A DNA stretch of 64,000 bases from Sphyrna mokarran. Taxonomy: Eukaryota. Below the pieces are notes generated by a model, which did no database searches, was not told the DNA's origin, and saw only the letters and a program-made list of their open reading frames with translations. The stretch lies in NCBI GenBank assembly GCA_024679065.1, contig JAGIQG010000016.1, positions 31,000,001 through 31,064,000 on the forward strand, given 5' to 3'. Positions 49,764 through 60,131 of the stretch are shown one piece after another. A program made the translations under genes and the position numbers. Positions within the stretch are counted from its first letter, which is position 1. Every line of letters starts with the position of its first letter.

Positions 49764-51868
49764 TAGGCCACAATTCTCCCAAAAAAGTTCCAATCATTAA
49801 TTTTGCAGAGAAACTGCTGTAAATCACGTTGGTTTCTTTTTTCAGGGTTTAGAATCTCCCACACTCTCTGCAATGTAGAAGTCACAATTGGGAGTGTCAT
49901 TAAAAGCTTGGGCAGGGCCTATTCATGTCAGAGACCTACAGTTCTGGGCCTATGTGCATGTGCAGTGGCCCCGAATTGTCAGCCTGCAGTTTGCCAAACA
50001 ACTCAGTCACTGGTAGCCTGGGACCCAAACAATGCTGTCCTTTAACCCCCTCCCATAAACCAATTGTGATCCCCCCCCCCCCCCCCCCCAATCCAGCCAT
50101 GGGTTAGTCCCAAATCCACCCCACACAGACCATCGAGTTCCAGCCCTTCATCCAGCAGTGATGATTCCCCCATCAGCCTTGGCAGAAACCCTCTCCCCGG
50201 CAGACACCACCCTGGGAGACAAACCCCTCTCCAGGAGGCAGACTCCTCCCAGTTCACATTAATTGCAATGGCAGAATGGCAGATGGACCCCACCAATTGC
50301 CATCAGCAGGCCCCGTTATCAATATGCCCTGCTCCCTTGGCACGGGCACTTTGTGCATTAGGCAGTGCTGAGGGACACAGGCTGGCACTGCCAGGATGTC
50401 TATGCCACCTCCCCACTACCCAACCTCGCCCCGATTGCACCCCCCTTCTCTCTAGCAGGGATGCCCCATTAGTTTCTTCAAAGTGCGGAGCTAATCTGAA
50501 CTCTGCTGGAGTGAAATACTCCTGATTGGTGGGAAATGCTCATGGGCCTGAGAATTCAATCCTGGGCTCGCTAATCACTGTAAAATAAGATTAAGAACAG
50601 GCACAAAATCCTTACCTAGTGTTCCTACCAGTTTCCAGTGTAGCTCAGATAGTGACGGACTGTTACATAAGATAAAGGTGCATAGTGTTACGGGTAATAT
50701 ATTAGCATGGATAGAGGATTGGTTAACTAAAAGAGAGCAAAGAGTGGAGGTAAATTGGTGTTTTTTGGTTGGTGATCAGTGACTAGTGGTGTACCTCAGG
50801 GATCAGCATTGGGACGCAATTGTTTATGAATTACATAGATGATTTGGAGTCGGGGACCAAGTATAGTATGTCAAAATTTGCAGATGACACTAAGATGGAT
50901 GGAAGAGCAAAGTGTGCAGAAGATGCTGAAAGTCTGCAAAGCAATTTAGATAATTTAAGTGAGTGGGTGAGGGTCTGATGGAGTACAATGTTGATAAATG
51001 TGAGGTCATCCATTTTGGTAGGGATAACAGCAAAATGGACTATTATTTAAATGGTAAAAAAAATTCAGCGTGCTGCTGTGCAGAGAGGTCTGGCTGCCCT
51101 TGTTCAGGAATTCCAAGGAGTTGGTTTGCAGATGCTGCAGGTAATTAAGAAGGCAAAATGAATTTTGTCCTTCAATGCTAGAGAGATGAAGTTTAAAAAC
51201 AGTGAGGTTATGTTGCAGCTGCTCAAGGTGCTGGTAAAGCAAGACCTGGAGTACTGTGTATAGTTTTGGTCTCATTATTTGAGAAAGGATATACTGGCAC
51301 TGGAGGGGGTGCCGAGCAGATTCAGTAGGTTGATTCCAGAGTTGAGAGGGTTGTGTTATGAGAAGTCACTGAAGAGACTGGGGCTATACTCATTGGAATT
51401 CAGAAGAATAACAGGAGATCTTATAGAAACATATAAGATTATAAAGGGAATAGATAAGATAGAAGCAGGGAAGTTGTTTCCACTAGTGGGTGAAACTAGA
51501 ACTCAAGGGCATAGCCTCAAAATAAGGGGAAGCAAATTTAGGACAGAGTTGAGGAGGAACTTCTTCACACAAAGGGTTTGAATGTGTAGAATTCCCTGTC
51601 CAGTGAAGTAATTGAGACTACCTTATTGAATGTTTTTAAGGAAAAGATAGATAAAGTTTTGAACAGTAAAGGAATTAAGGGTTATGGTGAGTCAGTCATG
51701 ATCTTATTGAATGATGGAGCAGGCTCGAGGGGCCAGATGGCCTACTCCTGCTCCTAGTTCTTATGCTCTTATGTTTTTATATCTGACGTTGAGAGATGTG
51801 CACGGTGGGAACACATGCAAAAATCCCTCTAATCAGCCAATATGTGATTCTATGGAAGAATCGGCCCC
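49764..51868. mobile_element. Non-autonomous Harbinger-like element inserted in a SINE (CATAGAAT)n tail, itself carrying a CR1
   Basis: TIRs 'aggccacaattctccc'...'ggaagaatcggcccc'; internal homology to the 17561 and 25463 copies. Confidence 0.7.
50658..51775 (+). mobile_element. CR1 LINE, RT to 3' tail
   Basis: VTSGVPQGS, KFADDTK and EYNVDKCEVIHFG motifs; ORF 51279..51581 RLGLYSLEFRRITGDLIETYKI...RRNFFTQRV; tail 'ctcctgctcctagttcttatg'. Confidence 0.92.
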
Positions 51869-52224
51869 ATAGAATCCCTGCAGTGCAGAGGGAGACCATT
51901 CAACCCAGCAAATCTGCACCAATTCTCTCTGACTGTGTACCTTAACCAGGTCCACTTCCTCCCACCCAATCCCCATAACCCCACATATTTACCATCGGTA
52001 TTCCAGCTAACCTACACATCTTAGAACACTAAGGTGAAATTCATCATGGCCAATCCACCCTACCTGCACATTTTTGGACTGTGGGAGGAAACTGGAGCAC
52101 CTGGAGGAAATTCATGCAGACATGGGGAGGATGTGCAAATTCCATATAGAGAGTGACCCAAGACCAAAATTGAGACCAGGTCCGTGGCACTGTGAGGCAA
52201 CAGTGCTAACCACTGTGCTGCCCC
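51869..52224 (-). mobile_element. HE1/V-SINE
   Basis: Full tail, V-domain and tRNA head in reverse orientation. Confidence 0.85.
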
Positions 52225-52299
52225 AAATCCATTAGAATTTTGTAGATTTCAATGGAGGCACCTCTCATTCTTCTAAACTCCAGAGAATATAGGTGCATC

Positions 52300-52520
52300 A
52301 TTTTGATTTGATTTTGATTTGATTATTATAATCACATGTATTAACATACAGTGGCGAGTATTGTTTCTAACGTGCTATGCAGACAAACATACTGTTCATA
52401 GAGAAGAAAACAAGAGAGTGCAGAATGTAGCGTAACAGCTATAGCTAGGATGTAGAGAAAGATCAATTTAATGTAAGGTAGGTCCATTCAAAAGTCTGAC
52501 AGCAACGGAGAAGAAGCTGG
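52300..52520 (-). mobile_element. Rex1/Babar 3' end
   Basis: (TTTGA)n tail; homologous to 43492-43700. Confidence 0.8.
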
Positions 52521-53714
52521 TCAATCCCTTCATCCCAAGAGCCAACCTAGTGAAATATTATAATCTGGTTCCTCCTCCATCAATCTGCCAAAGACACTAC
52601 CTCCTGCATGTGAGGGTTTTGGGTTAATTTAAAATACTAATATAGCCTCTCCTGCATGGCAGTATATCATAGTCTTGCTGAAGTAAATGGCAAATTAAAT
52701 AGTGTGCTGCATTCATCAGGGTGGGTGGGCGGACATGGGGATGGTGGCAGAGATATGCCATGATGGGGCAGTACAGTCCTGGCCACTGTTGCCCTTTTTA
52801 ACTAGCTAACATTTTGAATCTGACCTGGTTTCATCAGATAATTTGCATAACAGTGATATGTGAAATCCGCGAGTATTGGACACAGTTTGCCTGTGGAAGG
52901 ATACAACATAATTCTATGAAAAATCTGGTTATTGGACATGGTGGATTCCATTATTACATCATTTTCTGCCAATTTATGTGGCGGAATCTGGACAGTAGAC
53001 CATGTAATGGTCACGTAATGGCCCTGCTACAAAAATGATCGTTTGGCCAGCATGTGGAGTTTTCCCCGGGAGCATGGGCAGAGTACAGCCATGAAGTACC
53101 TGCTCAGCTGGGGAATAAATGTTTGTTACAAGACCTTGTTATCAGTGCTTGGAAACCCAGCATTTCCATATAGACATTCAGCAGGGTATGTATCACTGAC
53201 AATGAATCTTTATTTTAATCTTTGAAAGACTGTTTTGACTTACCCTTAAATCAATCTTGCATCAGAATTAAAAATCTGCCCCAGTTTGTTTTTGAATTTG
53301 ATGGAATTTATTACTGATTGCTGCAGTACCAATGCCAAGTATACCACAAAAGATATCTCTCTATACAAGGCAACATGCTCTGCATATCCACAAGATTGAC
53401 AATGTTAAAGGACAGAGCATTTGGAAAAGGTATACCTGAGGGAATACAGAAATCTTCAGATTCTGTCTTATTGACCACCTGCAGTTTAAGTTAGAAAAAC
53501 TTTGCGCACTCTCTGGCAGGGATAGAATGCAAAAAAAGAATGAAGGAAGGTAATTGAGTGGAGAAGATAATTGCGTGAGATAATTGAATGGTCTCCCTCT
53601 GCACTGTAGGGATTCTATGGGGCCGATTCTCCCATAGAATCGCGTCTCAGCCGATATGTGGGATTTGTTTTTACCACTGAAATAAAAACAGAAGATTGTG
53701 ATTGTCAATTTAGG

Positions 53715-54001
53715 ATAGAATCATACAATCCCTACAGTGCAGAAGGAGGCCATTCACCCATCTGTAATGACCATTGTCCCATCCTATCCCTGTATCCCAC
53801 ATACTTACCCTGCTAATCCCTGACACTAGGATCAATTTGGCGTCACCAATCAATCTAACTCACACATCTTTGGAGTGTGAGAGGAAACCAGAGCATACCC
53901 AAGCAGACACAGGGAGAAAGTGCAAACTCCACACAGACAGTGCCCCGAGACAGGAATTGAATCCAGGTACCATGAGGCAGCAGTGTTAACCACTGTGCCA
54001 T
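53715..54001 (-). mobile_element. HE1/V-SINE
   Basis: 'atagaatcatacaatccctacagtgcagaaggaggcc...gcagcagtgttaaccactgtgcca'. Confidence 0.85.
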
Positions 54002-54951
54002 TGCGCCATTTCCCTTATCAAAGGTGACTTTTTCCTTTGCGTCCACAGTCATCTTTGTGTGTTTCAATGACTGTGAAACTCAATTGCAGATGTGTGTTGC
54101 TTTCCACAGAGTGGGCAAGGTTGAATTCTTTGACTTTGTTGGGCTGCTCAATCTTTCCAATTTGCCTTTTGCCCTGAGCTCCTATGTTGTTCGCTGTTCG
54201 AAAGAAACAACACCATGAATTAAGATCGTTACCCAGGCAGTCCTTTCTTGCCCATTTTTTTCTCCCTCTCTATGGTAGTCACGTCACATTTCCTAAGGTC
54301 AACTCACAAGGAATCCTCTCAGCCTATTGCAAGAGGTGTTCAAATTAAAGATGTGAATGCATGATCACCTCAGGGATTTTATTAACAGCACGCTTACTAC
54401 ATGTCTGCTCCATCTCAGCTGGGCTCTGATGATGAGTCTTACAATTCACAGCAGAAGATAGGCAAACAGGGAAAAAGCTAACTTCAGAAATGGATCCTTT
54501 GTCTGGACTGAAAGCAGAGAAAAAATCAATTCCCCAAACAAACTAAGTTGGGGAAAGAGAGTGTGAGGAAGAGAAGGCAGGGGTCAAGATTCATAGCTCT
54601 TCTCTCGCGCCACACACAGGAGATCCTGCATCAAGTGCTTTGTACACAAGAGAGGGCGACCTTATCAAAAATATTCTCATTCCAGAATGGATGGGGAAAT
54701 GGAGGAGTTTTAGAGCCATTTTTTCAGCGAGGCCATTAGTCAAATCTAATGCACTCTATGCAAACAAAACCTTCAACCTGATTTCTGCTTGTATGGCATA
54801 GTGGGCGGAGTGTAGCTCACTCAAAATCTGGCTGATAGCAGAGAAGTGGGCAATTGCACATATGCAAGTTTCTGCTCTGAGAGCAGAGAGATGTCAGTAA
54901 GAATTTAGCAACACCAATTTATAATCCAACCGATTTATTTGATAGTAAAAA

Positions 54952-54986
54952 CGCGAGCTTTCAACACTCTGTGTCTTCCTCAGGCA
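54952..54986 (-). ncRNA. Minimal type I hammerhead ribozyme motif
   Basis: Exact mirror of 54998-55032. Confidence 0.7.
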
Positions 54987-54997
54987 AACACTGCATT

Positions 54998-55032
54998 TGC
55001 CTGAGGAAGACACAGAGTGTTGAAAGCTCGCG
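54998..55032 (+). ncRNA. Minimal type I hammerhead ribozyme motif
   Basis: UGC-CUGAGGA-A-GACAC-AGA-GUGUU-GAAA-GCUC^GCG; predicted cleavage after 55029. Confidence 0.7.
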
Positions 55033-55973
55033 TTTTTACTATCAAATAAATCAGTTGGATTATAAATTGGTGTTGCTAAATTCTTACTGAGTTCTTACCA
55101 CCCCAATCCAACGCCGGCATCTGTATATCATAGCAGAGAGATGTGTCAGTTTCTATGCTGCTGTAGTTAGCGGGCCTCCTTGGCCTAAAACCTGGTATAT
55201 CCCCAACCCCCCAACCTGCTACTGTGGGGCCCGCTGATATTTGTGACCCTCCTCGTTCTTCTGGAATGATCTTCCTCCCTGCTCCCCCATTCCCTACCCC
55301 CACTTCCAGAATAAACTTTAGGTTTGCACTTTTGTCCAACGTTTCTCTCTTAGCCGAGGTTGCTGAAACAGATTGATTGGTCGCTGTCTTATAGCTGTTC
55401 ATGGGAGCTTGCTGTGCAGAAAATGGCTGTCACCTCACCTACAATCCAATGTTGATTACACACCAAAAATACTTAATTGGCTGGAAAGTGCTTAGCATGT
55501 CCTGAAATGATGGAAAGTAAATATAAATACAAGTTTTTTATTAAATTACTCCCAATCTGGCTAATACTGAGTTCTTGCAAAATGTCAAATTTTAACCTAC
55601 CTTCTTTCTACTGTGAGGTCAGTAGATGCCCTACCATTGCGAAAAGAGGTTTGATAGCTAAAATACAAAATTATCATTTACCAATCTTCAACAAGGGGGA
55701 CTACTGACAAGCATGAGATATCAAGGTGGTCCCAACCGATACCATACCATCAGGAATAGGGTTCGCTGTCTAGAAGTGTTCTCTCTACTAGGATCATAGA
55801 AATGAGCCTTCATCCCATTATTTCCTGTGGTTCATGTTTTGGAATAGTGTAAAGAAGCGATGACGGAGAGATCAAATTGGAGAACAGGGAGAGCAATTGA
55901 AGTGGCAAATCAAAGTAAGTTCAGTATCACACTTGAGAACAGAGGACACATAATCAGCAAAGGTACCACTAGA

Positions 55974-56560
55974 CAGAGATGTAAGTGGAAGCAAGCATTG
56001 AGATAGATCCTAACTTAGGCCTTATGCTTTGTATATGTGTATTGTTACAGGTAATTAATAGATAATCGCTACTAAATTGTACAACCTTCGAACCTCTTCA
56101 TGAGACATACCCAACTACACACATCTTGCAACATGGTGGCAACTATTGGAACCTCTCAGAAGAAAATTTAAATCTGTAAGAATTATAAAGCTTGTAGACC
56201 ACTGAACTTGTAACACAAAGACATTAATTGGGGAGAAGAGGTATATATATATCTGCTGGGAAAGCAGGGATACCTTGTAAATACCTTGGATAAAGGCTTA
56301 GGGGAAAGTGTAATATCAGGGTTTGGCATAGAAAAGGTTAATGTAGGGTTGGGTACAGTAACATGCATACTGTGCTATAAAGGAACACGACTCGAGTATT
56401 ATACTGGGCAGAGACGTGTGTCAAGGTCAGCATGGAGACAGCTCCTAGATGAGACTTCATATACATACATAGTTACAAGTAGTTAATAAACATTTACTAC
56501 TAAACTACACAAAGCTCATAATTTTTATGAGGCTGAATGAATTACACACATCTTGCAACA
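55974..56560 (+). mobile_element. Miniature LTR retroelement (TRIM-like)
   Basis: LTR end TACACACATCTTGCAACA at 56133 and again at 56560; PBS-like TGGTGGCAAC at 56134; PPT GGGGAGAAGAGG at 56230-56241; internal region 108 bp. Confidence 0.75.
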
Positions 56561-56704
56561 GAAACCATGGCGAATATAGTAAGACAATGAATGGCAATAA
56601 AAAGGGAAGCTTTTTGCAGCTTTAGGTAGATATATTTCGATAACTACAAGATTCCACCGGTCCTGCACTCTGTGCATGATCAGAGTGAAAGAATGGAGCT
56701 ACCA

Positions 56705-56850
56705 TAATAGAACATAGAAAAACTACAGCACAAATAGGCCCCTCAGCCCACAAGCTGCGCCAAACATATCTCTACCTACTAAGCTTGGCTATAATCCTCA
56801 ATCCTATTAAATCCCATGTACTCATCCAGAAATCTCTTGAAAGACACTTA
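56705..56850 (-). mobile_element. CR1 3' tail fragment
   Basis: 'atagaacatagaaaaactacagcacaaataggcccctcagccc...catccagaaatctcttgaaagac'. Confidence 0.7.
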
Positions 56851-57169
56851 CATTAACTTTCTTACAATAAACATGGAGCAGATTCAATTAATGATTGCTC
56901 CCAGGGATATTAACGAATGACTACTTAACGCATTGTTTGAAATTTTTCCCAACATTTCTTCACTAGAAACATTAATTTATTTATTTTAAATGATTGATGC
57001 TACTTGAAATAGTGAAGCAAAATTTTTCAGGTGGATGTGTTTGGAACTTTTTAGCAGTTAGAACTCCAGAACCTGAGAGTTTCTGTTCCCTTTTTCACAC
57101 TGTTCCCATCTCTGAATTATTGACACTTGTTCATGATCAGAGAAAAACTTACAGCTTATTGAACTGTAC

Positions 57170-57445
57170 ACTTCTGATGAAAAGTTATACTGATTCAGGA
57201 TGTTAACTCAATTTCGCTCTTCATAGATGCTACCAGACCTGCTGAGTTTTTTCCGCATTTTCTGCTGGAATTCTCCAACGTTGTATACGTCACCATTGTT
57301 GCTGGCAAGGATGGAGATTTTGGTGTTCAGCCAAATCTCCATTTGCTGCAATGGGACTGGAGAATCCCAGCCACAGGCAAGGTTGGAAAATTCTGGCCTG
57401 TGTTTATATTTCAGATTTCCATCATTTGCGGTATTTTACTTTCAT
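57170..57445 (+). mobile_element. Penelope-like 3' end with a MITE inserted at about 57264-57398
   Basis: 'ttctgatgaaaagtta...tagatgctaccagacctgctgagttttt...tttcagatttccatcatttgcggtatttt'. CTGATGA is retained; the GAAA half is lost. Confidence 0.7.
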
Positions 57446-57517
57446 AATCATTGATTGTCCGCAGGTTATTGGGTCATTTTCCAACTTCTCATCAGAGAAC
57501 AGGACTTGATTTGAAGA

Positions 57518-57855
57518 TGGGTGGCACAGTGGTTAGCACTCCTACTTCACAGTGCCACAGACCTGGGTTTGATTCCAGGCGCAGGTGACTAACAGTGTGG
57601 AGTTTGCATATTCTCCCTGTGTCAGCATAGGTTTCCTCCGGATGTTCCAGTTTCCACCCACAGTCCAAAGATGTGCTGGTTAGATGGATTAGCAATGCTA
57701 AATTGCTCATTAGTGTGTAGATTAGAGGGATGAGCATGGTAAATATGTGGAGTTGTGGGGTAAGAATGAAGGCAGTCCTGGGTAAGATGCTCTGTAGGAG
57801 AGTTAGTGCAAACATGATGGGCCAAATGGCCTCCTCCCACACGGTAGGCATTGTG
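57518..57855 (+). mobile_element. HE1/V-SINE
   Basis: 'ggtggcacagtggttagcact...gtgtggagtttgcatattctccctgtgtc...gggccaaatggcctcct'. Confidence 0.85.
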
Positions 57856-59802
57856 TCATTTATTTGTCCTCTTCCTGCTCACGGGTCACTTGTACCAGCT
57901 GCCCTTCTTTCCAACTTGGATGCAATCAGGAAGGGAACTGCAATGCTGTACCTGATGATGCATTTATCTAAAAAGCAATGGGTAATTAAAAAATAGATTT
58001 TTAAATATAATCAACACGTTATTCAACTGCTGCTTTTTTCAAGGACCAGCATTTCAGGGTAAAGAACAGGTTACATCAGTGAAAGTTTCTGTTCCTGATT
58101 GTTATTCAGGAAACTTGTGCTAGGAAGGTCATGCTATCAGCATAACTTCACACCCAAACTGTTTTCTTCACCGCTGGGGGATAGCGGGGAAAGTGGCGGA
58201 AGGATTCCAGAGTTGATTTGCAGCCTGTTGAACCATGCTGAATGCTCCTTCGGACAACATTGGGATCAAACGTGTGACTCACCATGGTCAAACAGCTAAC
58301 CAGCACTCATTGTGAAAGCTTGTGCATGAATGATGGATGTTTGAGTATAAGACTGCAGGCAACTGGCACCCATTGAATCGCTCCACATCAACGGGTCTAG
58401 GCAGAATAGTGAGGGAGGGGGAAAAATTGGCAGGAAAAATTGATGTGAAACAAAAAAAGCATGCCGAATCCAAATGAGTTCATTGCTTAGAAACCTATTC
58501 CTAACAGTCCATTAAATATAGAGTTTCCAGTAGGATTGTTGTTGTGGAGAGAATGATTAAGTTTTTTTGATGTGTTTCTGTTAATGACATTATTAAAAGT
58601 CATTAAAGTCATCATTTATTGTGGTGCAAGCTGCAGGATTCGTGTTAATAGCTGTCACCTCTTGTCTGTAACTCGATTCCTGAATGCTAATGTCAGCTGA
58701 ATTCCCAATAATGCGACCATTATCAGTCTAGTCATATTCTGTCACAGACTGTTTGCCAACTGTGCAGATCAGAAGCTCTGCAGCTTTCTACGCTCAAAGA
58801 GGCATGGATGACTGAGCCAGAGAATGAAATTCTTTGCCTCCTCCTCCGCGTTCCCCTCCCCTGTCTCCCCCACCTTTTCTTTAATTTGGTAACAAAAATA
58901 AGACTTTCTGGCTTATTGTATCCTTTCCAAAAAAAATGCACACATGCAGTGTATTTATTTAATAATGACAGGCCAGCACCAATCCTTTAGTTTCATTCTA
59001 TTCTATCTGTTTTGATAGTTAGAAAATCTCAGTGCAGGATGAGTTAGGGTCGTGTGGTTAAACAGTGAAATAGACTTAAACTGCCCCATAATTTAGAATT
59101 TTAATTTCGACAGTCTGACCTCTATGAAACAAGAATAAACAGCATAGGGGATGAAAAAAACATCATTTAGCCACTCCTATACATATGAGCAAGAGAGAAA
59201 AAATTTCTGCTTTGAATGAAAAATCTGCTAGCTCTCAGTGAATGGGATTGGCCATGAGATGTATTGTTGAGAGTAGTTTACCGACATCAATACTTTGAAA
59301 CTCAAACCCAAAAGGCATAATTATTTGTCTTTTTCAAATCTTACATAAAGGGTGCAGTGCAGTTTCTTTTCCCCCTCAGCTCAGAACAAAGTAGCAACCA
59401 TATGAGAGAGCAAGAAGTTAACCTGGAATTCAGTCTGAAGTTGTACAGTTTGGGCATGAGGTGTACTGTTTAACACCAACTTTTAATTCACTGATAATGA
59501 AAGGATTAGTGTTAGGTGGAATGTGTTGACTCTCAATTTTGTGACTTGCCTCAAAGTGGTAGTAGAACATAAGGTCAGGATTTTAACTGCCCGTGCATTA
59601 CTGATGACAAGCCACAAAGGCAAGTTATTTTTTCATCTGCCCATGGCAGGTTGTGACCCAGTTGACCTTAATAACCAGGGCCTCACTTAAATCCCACTGG
59701 TCAAGTTCCCAACTTTTCTAGAGGGGAAGGAAGATAAAAGGCCTGAAGGTCACCCACCAAGAGGAGCTAGGGAAGAGTATTTGCTGATGGAATTGGAATT
59801 GC

Positions 59803-60131
59803 GTGGTGGTGGTATTGTCATTGAACTAATAATCCAGAGACCCAGACTCATGCTGTACGGACCTGAGTTCGAAGTCTACTACAGCAGATCATGAAATCTG
59901 AATTCAATAAAAAATTTTGGAATTAAAAGTCAAATGATGACTGTGAATCCATTGTTAATTGTTGTAAAAACCCATTAGTTCACTAATGTCCTTTTGAGAA
60001 GGAAATCTGCCAGCTTTACCTGGTCTGGTCTACATGTGACGCCAGATCCATTATGTGGTTGACTCATCTGGGGATGGGCATTAAATACTGGTCCAACCAA
60101 TGACACCTTCATCCCGAGAATGAATAAAAAC
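59803..60131 (+). mobile_element. Second-family tRNA SINE
   Basis: 'gtggtattgtcattgaactaataatccagagaccc...gagttcgaagtc...gaatgaataaaaa'. Confidence 0.8.

Larger units (their letters stand above)
49425..52552 (-). mobile_element. Old CR1 3' end split by nested insertions (pieces at about 49425-49752, 52228-52297, 52521-52552)
   Basis: Tail 'aaataggagcagga...gatcatggctgatc'; resumes 'ttagaattttgtagatttcaat...cctctcattcttctaaactccagagaata' (minus: YSLEFRRMRG). Confidence 0.75.
54894..55131. mobile_element. Penelope-like palindromic insertion (95-bp arms, 7-nt spacer, tail on the right only, 12-bp TSD)
   Basis: Arms 54894-54988 and 54996-55090 with 1 mismatch; tail 55091-55131; AGCAGAGAGATG duplicated at 54882-54893 and 55132-55143. 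Confidence 0.92.

Noticed and set aside
58168-58190. CTCF-like word 'caccgctgggggatagcg'
   Set aside because: Deviates from the core consensus at key positions and cannot be supported without a PWM scan or ChIP data.
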